DNA of 40,106 bases. It comes from Candidatus Sulfopaludibacter sp. SbA3. GTDB taxonomy: Bacteria > Acidobacteriota > Terriglobia > Bryobacterales > Bryobacteraceae. The notes under the pieces were generated by a model that was not told where the DNA came from, made no database searches, and was given only the letters and a program-made list of their open reading frames with translations. Shown here piece after piece: positions 1-9,410 of this stretch. The DNA is taken from positions 1-40,106 of the forward strand of contig CAMDKT010000001.1 of the NCBI GenBank assembly GCA_945900935.1, written 5' to 3'. The position numbers and the translations under genes are program-made. The first letter of the stretch is position 1. Each line of letters begins with the position of its first letter.

Positions 1-374
1 AGGTCGAGGTCTCGAATTTTAAACGGTTCAAAAAGCTCATCGACCGATTGATCACTCTGTCCATTGAACGATCTCAGCTCAAAATGAAAATGGACAAGAA
101 GCAGTGAGAGGGATCGTTGTTAGATTAGCGAGAACTCGGTAGTCTTGAGCAAAACCTTCTGCGCCATATACATAGAATAATTCTGATCCTGTTTTCCTGA
201 AAAGAAATTCGCGCCGGGGGCTGCAACAGATAGCGGCTACATCCATTCATTGTCCGTGGCAAGGCACCGGCCGCAAATACCTAATCGGCGCTTTCGGGCT
301 GCTTGTTATGATAGAGACAGCATGAGGCAAATGCTCCCCTACCGTCCCGTTTCTGGCAAGGCTCGTAAAATCGG

Positions 375-1964
375 ATGATGAGAGCCGATCGAATTCTAGT
401 GCCGTTGCTGGCAGTCGCCGCGCTGGCCGCCGCCGTCAGCAGCATGGGAAAAACCTGGCCACTGGTTGCCGCGCAGGCTTTGTTGGGCGCGGCGTGGCTG
501 TTAGCTCGCCGGCGACGTACCGGTTACGGAACCGGTACGGTCCCCATCTGGATTGTTCCAGCCGGCATGATCGTGGTATTTGGCATGGCCGCGGTGCCCT
601 CATCAGCCGATGAATCAGCCTATCGTTTCCAGTCGCGCGTCTTTGGTGCCGGCCAATTGGCCGCGCCCGCGCCCACCGGTAAGACGCTGGTCAATCACCA
701 GCACAAGAATGAGTTCTTCCTGGTACACACCATCCAGCGCGAAGGAAAATGGTTTGTGCAGTATGGGCCTGCCTGGCCCGCAGTCCTGGCATTGCCGGAG
801 AAGCTGGGAATCGGGAAGTATGCCAATCCAATGTTCGCGGTGGCTTTACTTTGGATCACCTGGCGGATCGCCGCTCATCTCGAAGGGGCGGAGACAGCAC
901 GGCGAGCGCTTTTCTTTCTGGTCCTCAGCCCCATGTTTTTGCTGAATTTCAGCGGTTACTATTCCCATGGCCTGACAGCGGTACTGCTAGCCGCGACCGT
1001 CTGGGTCACGATTACCGATTCCGGCACCGCGTGGCGCTATCCGGCCATGGCTCTCGGAATGCTTATTGTGCTGGGGCTTGCCCGACCGCTTTCCGGTCTG
1101 GTCTGTGGAATTCCAATTGTCGCAATGCTGCTTTGGCACCGGCGGAAAAGACCGGCCCAGGTCGCCGTCTGTACTCTGCTGGTTGTCCTGGCTCTAGGTC
1201 TGGCGATAGGGGCGCAAGCTTGCTACAACTATCTGCAAGCCGGTGATCCATGGAAATCGCTCTACGCCGTTTACCGGGGTGAACTGGGGTTGGGATTTAT
1301 CGGGCGCACACCTGCCGCCCTGTGGGAAAACCTGCTTACATTCACACTTCGGTCTCTGGTTAAGATGGCGGCGGCCATGTTCGCTTTTCCGCTACTTTTG
1401 TGGGCTGCCTGGTCCACGGTCAGGTCCTGGCGACCGGAATACATTCTGCTAGGAGTGCTGACGGTCTTGATCCCAACCGCCTACACCGTGGTTAACGAAC
1501 AATCGGACACCATTGTGGGCGAGCGATTCTACGCCGAAGTCCTATTCGCCGTCGTTATTCTGGCCGCCGCCGGGATGAAAGAGTCTGTGCCCCGATGGCT
1601 GATGGTTTGCTCCCTTCTTGCGGCCGGCGCCGCTACCTTCTGGTTGGGAAAGCTGCAGCAGGAGCGCCGGAATCCTTTTGCTTCCGTTGAAGCACTGGCA
1701 GTATCACGCACGGCCCCGCAGGAGGTGGTTTTTTTGAGTGCTCTTCCCCATCTCGTGTTCGAACCGACCGACACAAACCTGAATTATCCCGATTGGCCTT
1801 ACGCGCGTCCGCTCTGGTTGACCGATCCGGGGCCGGATCGCAGAACCGCGGTGGTCTGCGCCTTAGGTCGGCGCCAATGGACGGTGGTCACCCCGCCGTG
1901 GCCGGGAATTCCGGCTGCCATATCGGCCCCGGTGCCGGTGAACTGCCCGCCGCCGGCACTTTGA
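375..1964 (+). CDS. Polytopic membrane protein, GT-C-fold glycosyltransferase-like (ArnT/PMT family 39/83-like)
   Basis: 529-aa ORF with many hydrophobic helices. Acidic DE motif (SADESAY) after the first helices, as in GT-C enzymes. Family assigned by eye only. Confidence 0.55.
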   Translation: MMRADRILVPLLAVAALAAAVSSMGKTWPLVAAQALLGAAWLLARRRRTGYGTGTVPIWIVPAGMIVVFGMAAVPSSADESAYRFQSRVFGAGQLAAPAPTGKTLVNHQHKNEFFLVHTIQREGKWFVQYGPAWPAVLALPEKLGIGKYANPMFAVALLWITWRIAAHLEGAETARRALFFLVLSPMFLLNFSGYYSHGLTAVLLAATVWVTITDSGTAWRYPAMALGMLIVLGLARPLSGLVCGIPIVAMLLWHRRKRPAQVAVCTLLVVLALGLAIGAQACYNYLQAGDPWKSLYAVYRGELGLGFIGRTPAALWENLLTFTLRSLVKMAAAMFAFPLLLWAAWSTVRSWRPEYILLGVLTVLIPTAYTVVNEQSDTIVGERFYAEVLFAVVILAAAGMKESVPRWLMVCSLLAAGAATFWLGKLQQERRNPFASVEALAVSRTAPQEVVFLSALPHLVFEPTDTNLNYPDWPYARPLWLTDPGPDRRTAVVCALGRRQWTVVTPPWPGIPAAISAPVPVNCPPPAL

Positions 1965-1975
1965 ACGGCTTACCG

Positions 1976-1992
1976 TTTCGCATTTTGCGAAA
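1976..1992. terminator. Candidate bidirectional hairpin between convergent genes
   Basis: TTTCGCA-TTT-TGCGAAA, 7-bp stem, lying between the stop codons at 1964 and 2034. AT-rich flanks, weak. Confidence 0.25.
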
Positions 1993-2033
1993 GCGGACAG
2001 CACACCAACAACTTCGTCAGCGAAGCGCGGCCG

Positions 2034-3479
2034 CTACCGGCGGAATATGGCGACCGAATAGCCGTTCGGCTGCTGGACCTCCATTCGATACCCGCGCAAA
2101 GCCATCTGCGTCACCACCCACTCCGGAACGTCGCCAAGTTGGACGAAAACAACGATTGGCGTGTCTTTCAGTTGTCCATTCAGCAGACCGGCAACCTCCT
2201 GCTTTGCTTCCTCATCAAACCGGATTGGCAGCGGCAAAAAGCGGTTCGGCACAGGGTAGGCAACCAGTTCGTAGAACATCTGGGAGTCCAGCCCGCGGCG
2301 CCAGTCGACACGGTTTGATTCGTAGAATGAGCTTTTAAAGAACATCGGCGGCGGCTGGTTGGGCGAAACGCGGCGAACGATTTCGATTGCCGGTCTCGCT
2401 TCCATGCCGCCTGGTTGCCACGCCGTTCTCCATCTCACGGGGCTCGCTGTGCTCACCAACACCACAATAAAGGCCCACCGGGTGACTATCTCCCATTCAA
2501 AAACAGCAACGCCAATCGCCGTGAGCAATAATGCGTCGGCCGGTGCTGACGATCCCAGATAGCGGGCAACGAATACATGTATGGGCGTCAACCGCGAGAC
2601 GAGAAACAAGAAAACGGACCCACCCATCCACCACACGAGAAGCAATACACAAAGGCTTGGGGCGGGGAACTCCCATTTGCGCCGCGCCGCCCCCCACACC
2701 GCAGGGGTGAGCAGCACAAGTCCGCCCGCACAAATGGCCCCGAAAACGAGCATCACTGGTGCCAGGGCGGTCAGTAGTTCGAGCCAGGTTGGTTCGGGCG
2801 AAAACACCAGCGTTTTGGCTGAGCCCGCCAACCTTCGTAACTGCTGCGCTAACGGCAGCAACAATACCGCTACGGATAGTACAGCGGCACCCAGGTCTTT
2901 CCATCTCGCCGTTCGTTTTTCAACGACAAACACCCAGAACAGGAAACAGGCCTGAGCCAGCAATGCCATCGAGTAAAGATAGTGCAAGTAGAAGATCAGC
3001 GCGGTGGCCACGGCATAACCAGCCGCGAATCGCCTCTGTCTCGTCTCTACCCATTCATAAAGCATGCAAAACGATGCCGCCACTGCCGCCGCCGCCAAGG
3101 CGTAGGGCCTGGCCTGGACATACGTTTCCAAGCTCAGCGGATGAAACAGGAGCAACACAAAGGTGCAAAGGCCCGCGGCGGGCCCCATCGCCCGTCTCGC
3201 GAGGCGAGACGTAAAGTACAGCATCAGACCCAGTCCAGCCAGACTCGGCAGACGAAGCAGCGGCTCCCGCATCAAGCCGTCTTGCAGACAGAATAGCGAT
3301 GCAATCGCGCCATAGAGAAGCGATTGACCCATAGTCTCCGAAGACCTCGCGATAGCGGACCATGTCCCTTCGTGAGCCATCCAGAACGTCCAGGCCTCGT
3401 CCACCCAAAAGCTGCGAAATAACCGCGGCAGGTACACCGGGATAGCTAATAGAACCGCTATTGCGTATGCCATTCTCAT
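2034..3479 (-). CDS. Polytopic membrane protein, GT-C-fold glycosyltransferase-like (ArnT/PMT-like)
   Basis: 481-aa ORF with an N-terminal FWVDEAWTFW motif (the conserved DE of the GT-C first loop) and 10 or more predicted TM helices. Confidence 0.6.
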   Translation of the reverse strand: MRMAYAIAVLLAIPVYLPRLFRSFWVDEAWTFWMAHEGTWSAIARSSETMGQSLLYGAIASLFCLQDGLMREPLLRLPSLAGLGLMLYFTSRLARRAMGPAAGLCTFVLLLFHPLSLETYVQARPYALAAAAVAASFCMLYEWVETRQRRFAAGYAVATALIFYLHYLYSMALLAQACFLFWVFVVEKRTARWKDLGAAVLSVAVLLLPLAQQLRRLAGSAKTLVFSPEPTWLELLTALAPVMLVFGAICAGGLVLLTPAVWGAARRKWEFPAPSLCVLLLVWWMGGSVFLFLVSRLTPIHVFVARYLGSSAPADALLLTAIGVAVFEWEIVTRWAFIVVLVSTASPVRWRTAWQPGGMEARPAIEIVRRVSPNQPPPMFFKSSFYESNRVDWRRGLDSQMFYELVAYPVPNRFLPLPIRFDEEAKQEVAGLLNGQLKDTPIVVFVQLGDVPEWVVTQMALRGYRMEVQQPNGYSVAIFRR

Positions 3480-4076
3480 CGAGTATCCTCTTGCTTATCA
3501 GGTTTTCGAATCGCCGCTCGCCGCTGGCAGTGCGTACGGGATGAGTTCCGCTTTAGCCGTTGGGTACGTCCACAAAGTAATAGAATCGCATAGATAATCG
3601 TAATAGGGCTGCTTAGAATAACAGGATCGTCGTGCCTCGCCTTGGCCGACGCAGTTGACCGCCTTATCTCGAAAGTTGTCGTGATGACGTGCCAAGACCA
3701 TGACGTGCGGATCCCTCACGATCGCACCGACTGTTCGCCGGTAATGAGATCGCCACTTCTGGCGGACCCAGTGAATATACCTCGTCGTTTTTTGAGTTAC
3801 TTGCCGAGACCGGTGAGATAGCACTTATAAACGTTGCTCCAGGTAGCGGAGGTTTGCCCTCAAGCGTTCGGCATTTGTCCGGATCATCCCACTTGAGTAA
3901 CGCCATTTCGGCACGTCCCTTAGATAATGATCCGGTCGTAGCCCGGCTATGCCGGGTGGGTTAGGAGGACGTGTCCTTTGCGCTGCGCGTTAAAGCGAAA
4001 TCAGATTGAGAACCGGCTTGCCGGTAGCGGCAATCCGGGCGGCGTGACTGGCCGAAGGCTTCTGCGCCACGATGTT

Positions 4077-4288
4077 GGCTATTATTGCCCACCGCCTCGA
4101 AAAGGTCTAATTGGCATCGAGAAGCCTCACCCCCTGTCTGCAATCCATTGATTTGTACCGTTTGGCTAAATCGAACTTAGCCGGGCGAATCTGATCAGCA
4201 TATGCCCTTGCAGTGTTCTCTAACTCTCTCATTCTATTGAGTGTGTCTGGAGAATGTTACCTTTGCGAGGCATTGGGCAATAATAGCC
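4077..4288. repeat. Inverted repeat pair flanking a 166-bp spacer
   Basis: Arms at 4077-4099 and 4266-4288. GGCTATTATTGCCCA / TGGGCAATAATAGCC are perfect over 15 bp. Extended to GCCTCG the arms match 21 of 23. Confidence 0.7.
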
Positions 4289-4583
4289 TATGCGCGCCAC
4301 CGCGGTGTTGAGATCGCCCCTTACGAAAAGCCGAATCAAGCGCGGCCAAGCGGCCAAACTGAGGCCGCCAGAGGCATCAAGACAGCCACCATGCTGTTGT
4401 GGCTCAGAGTCGAAAACAATAGCAAGTTCGTGCGCGGCAAGAAGCGCGCGAAGGAGAATATCGTGCGCTATCTGCTCAAAGAGTACGCCGGCAAACTTCG
4501 CCCCTCAGGCCAATAATTCCGCTGGTTTGGGCTTAATGCGTTCTTGACGCACTCCAGCTACTGCGGCTCACAACTATGCAAAG

Positions 4584-5777
4584 ATGGAGACAGCCTCTAT
4601 AATTGCATATATGCTCTCGCGTCGCCTCAGTGCTCGTCTGAATCACCTTCTGCGTCATAATCCAGCCGTGGTGTTGCTAGGTCCGCGCCAAGTGGGGAAG
4701 ACTACCCTCGCGCTTGCGATCGGCAAACAAAAATCGTGCGTCTATCTCGATCTTGAGGACGAGGACGACCGGGCCAAGCTCACCAACCCAGCCCTCTACT
4801 TTGCCGATCACGAAAAAGAGTTACTCATCCTGGATGAAGTGCACCGGGTTCCAGAATTGTTTCAGCGGCTACGGGGGATCATCGACAAGGGACGGAGGCA
4901 AAACAATGGAGATGGGCGGTTCCTGCTCCTTGGCTCGGCGGCTATGGACCTGCTCCGGCAAACCGGCGAAAGCTTGGCGGGTCGTATTGCTTATCTAGAA
5001 CTTGGGCCGTTTGACGCACTCGAAGTTGGCCCCGCGGAACTTGAGAAGCTCTGGGTACGGGGTGGCTTCCCTCGGAGTTTCTTGGCCGCGACGGATGATC
5101 TTAGTTTCGAGTGGCGGCGAAACTTCATCCGAACTTACCTGGAGCGAGACGTTCCACAATTCGGTTCCCGCATACCGGCTGAGACACTTCGGCGCTTCTG
5201 GACCATGTTGGCCAATAATCAAAGCCAAATACTAAATGCCGCCAACCTTGCGAGTGGTCTGGGTGTTAATGGTAAGACAGTCGCTGGCTACCTTGACCTT
5301 TTGGTTGACCTCTTATTGGTTCGGAGATTGCCTCCATGGCACCGCAATTTGGGCAAGCGGCTTGTCAAATCGCCGAAGGTCTACGTGCGTGACAGTGGTA
5401 TCGCGCATGCCCTGCTAGGAATTCGAGATAAAGAATCCCTGCTTGGCCATCCGGTTGTTGGCCAAACCTGGGAGAGTTTCGTCATCGAAACGCTGCTCAC
5501 TGCCGCTCCTGACGGCACCGAGGCCCACTACTATCGGACATCGAATGGTACAGAGGTCGACCTTATCCTCACATTGCCTCGTGGAACAAATTGGGCAATC
5601 GAAGTCAAGCGCAGTTCCGCTCCCAAACTCGAACGCGGATTTCATTCGGCGTGTGTCGATCTCAATCCCGCGAGACGTTTTCTGGTGTATCCCGGTGCCG
5701 AACGTTTTCCTCTAGATGAATTCACGGACGCCATCGGAGTTGTTGCTTTAGCCAATGAGCTTCAATCGGTCAAGTAG
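4584..5777 (+). CDS. AAA-family ATP-binding protein (AAA_14 N-domain plus DUF4143-type C-domain)
   Basis: Walker A LLGPRQVGKTTL, Walker B LLILDEVH, and the typical DUF4143 tail (RDV...FW..LA...GQ..N...LA). 397 aa. Confidence 0.85.
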   Translation: METASIIAYMLSRRLSARLNHLLRHNPAVVLLGPRQVGKTTLALAIGKQKSCVYLDLEDEDDRAKLTNPALYFADHEKELLILDEVHRVPELFQRLRGIIDKGRRQNNGDGRFLLLGSAAMDLLRQTGESLAGRIAYLELGPFDALEVGPAELEKLWVRGGFPRSFLAATDDLSFEWRRNFIRTYLERDVPQFGSRIPAETLRRFWTMLANNQSQILNAANLASGLGVNGKTVAGYLDLLVDLLLVRRLPPWHRNLGKRLVKSPKVYVRDSGIAHALLGIRDKESLLGHPVVGQTWESFVIETLLTAAPDGTEAHYYRTSNGTEVDLILTLPRGTNWAIEVKRSSAPKLERGFHSACVDLNPARRFLVYPGAERFPLDEFTDAIGVVALANELQSVK

Positions 5778-5800
5778 GCTTATTTTGGTTCTTCGCTGTT

Positions 5801-6889
5801 TCATGTGCGTAAGGCTGAGAGATCGAGCTTACCGGCAATGAGGTAGACGATGGTGGCGAGGTTACGGTCATGGCGGTAGCCGCGGGCCTTCGCCTTAGCG
5901 GCTTGGACGAGACTGTTGATTCCTTCGAGGATGCCATTGTTGATGCCGGAGATGAACCAGCGGAGGATTCCGTCCTGGTGTTTGCGGATGGTTTTGGCGA
6001 CTTTGATGATGGGTGGAAGACGGCTGTGGGTCGCCCAGAAATACCACTTGTCGAGGAAGGCTTTGGCCTTTTCGGCTGGCTGATTAAAGAGGTCCTGAAA
6101 GGGGAGGCGAATCTCGTAGGCGCGGGCGGTTTTCAGATGGGAGTTGGCGATGTCGAGGGCGTCGAACTTTTCCCACTGGCGCTCGTTGAGGTCCTCGGGG
6201 TTCTTGAGCCAAACGTAGCGGCTTTTTGCCAGTTCGGGAGCCGTCTTTTGCTCGAGGCGGCGGACTTGGTCGACAGCCTCGTCAACGACGCTGTCGACAT
6301 GGAATTTGTCGTAGGTGACTTGGGCGTTGGGCAGGCACGCCACTTCGGTTTCCCCGGCTTGCTGAAAGCGGATCCCCAGGAACACCGGAATAGGGGTGCT
6401 GACGAGCGTGACGGCCGAGACGCGGTGGTAATATTGCAGACACTCGCGCAGTTCGCCGTCTACCTTCCGTTCCACTTTCCTTTCCAAGCACGCATCGCAA
6501 CAACGCGCGTAGGAACTGCAGATCTCGATCCCATCGACGGCGGCGGCCATGCGTCCCATGGCCCACTCCGATCCCAGGACGCCGTTTCTCTTCAACCGCT
6601 GCGCAATGGTACAGCCGAGCGCAAAAAGCGAATCGATGTCCTGGCGCTGCATGGCGTAGCCGAGCATATCCTCACTGATCGGCCCAATCCGTTTGGAAAG
6701 GGCACCGTCCCTACTCTCGAACTCGATCCGATGAAGCGTGCCGAACTGACAGGCCGATCCCAGGAACACGGCGTCGAACACTTTTTCCCAAGGGTGGAGC
6801 GGATACGTTCTCCCCTCGGGCATACCGGCTACCAGATCGGCGAAGCCAAACACCTTGTCGAGATAGGCCTCAAACTGCCGACGAACCAC
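5801..6889 (-). pseudogene. Chimeric transposase: N-terminal ~186 aa of a DDE (IS4-like?) transposase fused in frame to the C-terminal ~175 aa of an ISL3-family transposase
   Basis: The C-terminal part (PNAQVTYDKFHV...WLKNPEDLNERQ...NGILEGINSLVQAAKAKARGYR) is the classic ISL3 C-terminus. The N-terminal part (AAVDGIEICSSYARCCDACLER...YYHRV) is unrelated. Junction near 6331-6345. Neither half has a full DDE triad. Confidence 0.65.
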
Positions 6890-6893
6890 GGCG

Positions 6894-7217
6894 CTACTTC
6901 TCCTCCTTCTGACGGAGGAACCGGCGCAGGTTCAGCCTGGCGATCTTCCCGGCGGACTCTTCAAAGCGCTTCCGCATTTCCACTTTGGCGCGCACTTGCT
7001 CGGCCAACTCGGCGGAAAGATGAAAGGTTCGCGGCTTGCCCTCCCACACCACCGACAACAGAAACTCGTGATGGAGTTGCTTGCCGTCAGCGCAACGGCA
7101 GTTGGGCTTGCCGCATTTGCGGTCGCGTTCGACGAACGAGCCGGGAAGCATTTCCCGCAAAAAATCCAAACCGCGAATGAGCCTGCCGCGGAGGTCGAGT
7201 TCAGGGTCGTTTTCCAT
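6894..7217 (-). CDS. Small IS-associated zinc-ribbon-like protein (CGKPNCRC motif; resembles DUF6788-type proteins)
   Basis: 107-aa ORF ending 4 nt upstream of the transposase start. CGKPNCRCADGK motif. Family name is from memory, not searched. Confidence 0.5.
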   Translation of the reverse strand: MENDPELDLRGRLIRGLDFLREMLPGSFVERDRKCGKPNCRCADGKQLHHEFLLSVVWEGKPRTFHLSAELAEQVRAKVEMRKRFEESAGKIARLNLRRFLRQKEEK

Positions 7218-7346
7218 CTGACACTCAGTATAGTGTCAGACAAACGTCGAAGCAAGCACTTTCTTAGATTTGCAAGAACGACCGGAAAACTCAGCGGCCC
7301 ACTACTTCTCTCGATTCAACACCTTGGACCTGTCACCAAAGTGGCG

Positions 7347-9356
7347 TTACGAAATCGCTGCGGGTTTCCCTCCAAAGACCGGCTCAGGAAAAGGTCCCGA
7401 AACCCCCGCCCCCCTTACCAACGGAGCCCCAGCGGACTCCGAATAATGCCGCGGCTCAATAACCCGCTTCAGCAAATACGTCCCCGGACTATAGTCAACC
7501 ACAATCTCTTTCAGCGTCACCACCAACCGCCCCACGTCGCGGGATTCACAAATCTCACGAAGGCATGCCAGCCACGCCATCATTTCACCTTCCGGCAAGC
7601 CGCTGCCCACAAAGATCCGGATCTTCTCGTGCGCGGTGCGTACCGTATCCTCATCCAGCGTGCTCACCTCTTCGTAGAGCTTCTCGCCAGGCCGCATACC
7701 GTTGAATGCAATCTTAATGTCTTCATCGGGCTTCAGCCCCGACAGCAGAATCAGGTTTCTCGCCAGATCCACAATCTTCACCGGCGCGCCCATGTCCAGC
7801 ACGCAGATCTGGCCACCCGCTCCAATCGCCGCGGCTTGCAGAACAAGCTGGCACGCCTCCGGAATCGTCATGAAAAACCGTCGCATCTCCGGATGCGTCA
7901 CCGTCACCGGCCCGCCCGCCGCGATCTGCTTCTTGAAGATCGGGATCACGCTCCCATTGGAGCCAAGCACGTTACCGAATCGCACCGCCACGTACTTGAT
8001 CCGAAAATGATTTTCCTGTAGCGCCAGCAGCAGCAGTTCCGCCACCCGCTTCGTTGCCCCCATCACATTTGTCGGCCGTACGGCTTTATCGGATGAGATC
8101 ATCACGAACTCTTCCACGCCATTCGCCGCCGCCGCGACGGCCACATTATAGGTCCCAAAGACGTTGTTCTCAATCGCCTCGAACACGTGCGTCTCCATCA
8201 GGGGAACGTGCTTGTACGCCGCGGCGTGATAGACCACCGTCGGCGAATATTGCCGCAGCACCTCGTCCAGCCGTGTGCGATTCTGAATGCTGCCAATCTC
8301 TGGGAAGAACGGCGTTTCCGGAAACGTCCGCCGCATTTCGCGGTCGATTTCGAACAAAGGGGATTCGGCGATCTCGAATCCCACAATCCCGGCGGGATGG
8401 AATCGGGCAATCTGCCTGCACAGTTCGGAGCCTATGGAGCCAGCCGCGCCTGTCACCATCACCACTTTCCCTTCCAGCGCCCCGCGGATCTGGTGTTCTT
8501 CCAGGCGTACAGGGTTGCGTCCCAGCAGATCCTCCACCGCCACCTCCCGGATTTGCCCCGCCAATCCGCGTTCTTCTATCACCTCGCCCAATCCCGGCAC
8601 CGTCTTACACTCCACACCCGCCGCGTGGCAATCCGTCAGGATCCGGGTCATCTCCGCGCCCGTTGCCGAAGGCATCGCGATCAGAATCATCTCGATTTTG
8701 TGCTTCACTGCCAGCGTTGCGATCCGGTCTCCCCCTCCCAGCACCTGGACTCCAAGAATGTGTACGCCAGTTTTGTCCGGCCGGTCGTCCAGAAATCCCC
8801 GAACTCGATACAGCAATTTAGGATTCTTCTGAATCTCCCGAAGTAGAGTCACTCCCCCGCCGCCCGCGCCGTATATCAGCGTTTCCTTGTACCCATCGCC
8901 GCCGCGCTCATTCTCCGATGCCTCCGCCGTCAGGCGCACAATCATCCGAACTCCCGCCGTACCTAAAAAACAGATCATCAGATCAATCAGGTATATAGAG
9001 CGCGGGAATCCCGCCGGTGCCAGCATAAGGATCGCCAGGCAACTGAGTCCGGAACCCGCTAGGTTGCCAGCCGCGATCCGCAATAGATCCGCCACCGAAA
9101 CATACCGCCACCAACCCCGGTCCAGGTTCGCCACGCGGAAGACCGCGCTTTTCACCACGATCCAGATAGGAATCGCGTAAGCCAAGTGCCCCAAATATGC
9201 GGGAGGCATAGTGAGGTCGAACCGCAGCACAAATGCCAGCACGCCAGCGAGCGCAATAATCCCAATCTGCGCCAGCAACACCGCCACTCGGTGGATTCCG
9301 GCGAGCTTTTCCATGAATTCTTGTGCTCTACGCATCATCCGCTCCTCTGTTGCCAA
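7347..9356 (-). CDS. wbpM: Membrane-anchored UDP-GlcNAc 4,6-dehydratase (CapD/WbpM/PglF family polysaccharide biosynthesis protein)
   Basis: 669 aa. N-terminal TM helices, two Rossmann motifs (LIYGAGGGG; VTGAAGSIGSEL), and the conserved block SSDKAVRPTNVMGATKR typical of CapD/WbpM. Confidence 0.92.
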   Translation of the reverse strand: MATEERMMRRAQEFMEKLAGIHRVAVLLAQIGIIALAGVLAFVLRFDLTMPPAYLGHLAYAIPIWIVVKSAVFRVANLDRGWWRYVSVADLLRIAAGNLAGSGLSCLAILMLAPAGFPRSIYLIDLMICFLGTAGVRMIVRLTAEASENERGGDGYKETLIYGAGGGGVTLLREIQKNPKLLYRVRGFLDDRPDKTGVHILGVQVLGGGDRIATLAVKHKIEMILIAMPSATGAEMTRILTDCHAAGVECKTVPGLGEVIEERGLAGQIREVAVEDLLGRNPVRLEEHQIRGALEGKVVMVTGAAGSIGSELCRQIARFHPAGIVGFEIAESPLFEIDREMRRTFPETPFFPEIGSIQNRTRLDEVLRQYSPTVVYHAAAYKHVPLMETHVFEAIENNVFGTYNVAVAAAANGVEEFVMISSDKAVRPTNVMGATKRVAELLLLALQENHFRIKYVAVRFGNVLGSNGSVIPIFKKQIAAGGPVTVTHPEMRRFFMTIPEACQLVLQAAAIGAGGQICVLDMGAPVKIVDLARNLILLSGLKPDEDIKIAFNGMRPGEKLYEEVSTLDEDTVRTAHEKIRIFVGSGLPEGEMMAWLACLREICESRDVGRLVVTLKEIVVDYSPGTYLLKRVIEPRHYSESAGAPLVRGAGVSGPFPEPVFGGKPAAIS

Positions 9357-9410
9357 AACCTGGAAGCCCGGCGTCAGCCGTGAACATTGCTCGAATCGTG
9401 CTTGTACCTT

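Larger units (their letters stand above)
5787..7239 (-). mobile_element. Decayed composite insertion-sequence remnant (ISL3-type end fused to an unrelated IS)
   Basis: GGTTCTTCGCTG at 5787 resembles the ISL3-family terminal IR (GGCTCTTCG...), 10 bp after the ATPase stop. The element contains a chimeric transposase ORF and an IS-associated small protein. Palindrome at 7218-7239. Confidence 0.6.

Noticed and set aside
3-107. Open frame running in from the left edge (…EVSNFKRFKKLIDRLITLSIERSQLKMKMDKKQ*)
   Set aside because: Only 34 codons are visible and no family is recognisable. It may be the 3' end of a gene, but that cannot be supported from this window.
3498-3906. Overlapping 108-aa and 80-aa minus-strand ORFs
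   Set aside because: They overlap each other in different frames, with no SD or motif recognised. I considered a decayed sulfotransferase (an RDP-like motif), but the motif order does not fit.
4241-4516. 91-aa + ORF upstream of the ATPase
   Set aside because: Its 5' part is one arm of the inverted repeat. No recognisable family. It is possibly a gene fragment. I kept it only as part of the gap finding.
5870-7180. 436-aa + strand ORF
   Set aside because: It lies fully antisense to the transposase and Zn-ribbon genes. Its composition is low-complexity Gly/Ala/Asp/Val, typical of a mirror-frame ORF in GC-rich DNA. No recognisable motifs.
6996-9383. Multiple 65-341-aa + strand ORFs inside wbpM
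   Set aside because: All are antisense to a strongly supported CapD/WbpM gene and are Arg/Pro/Ser-rich.
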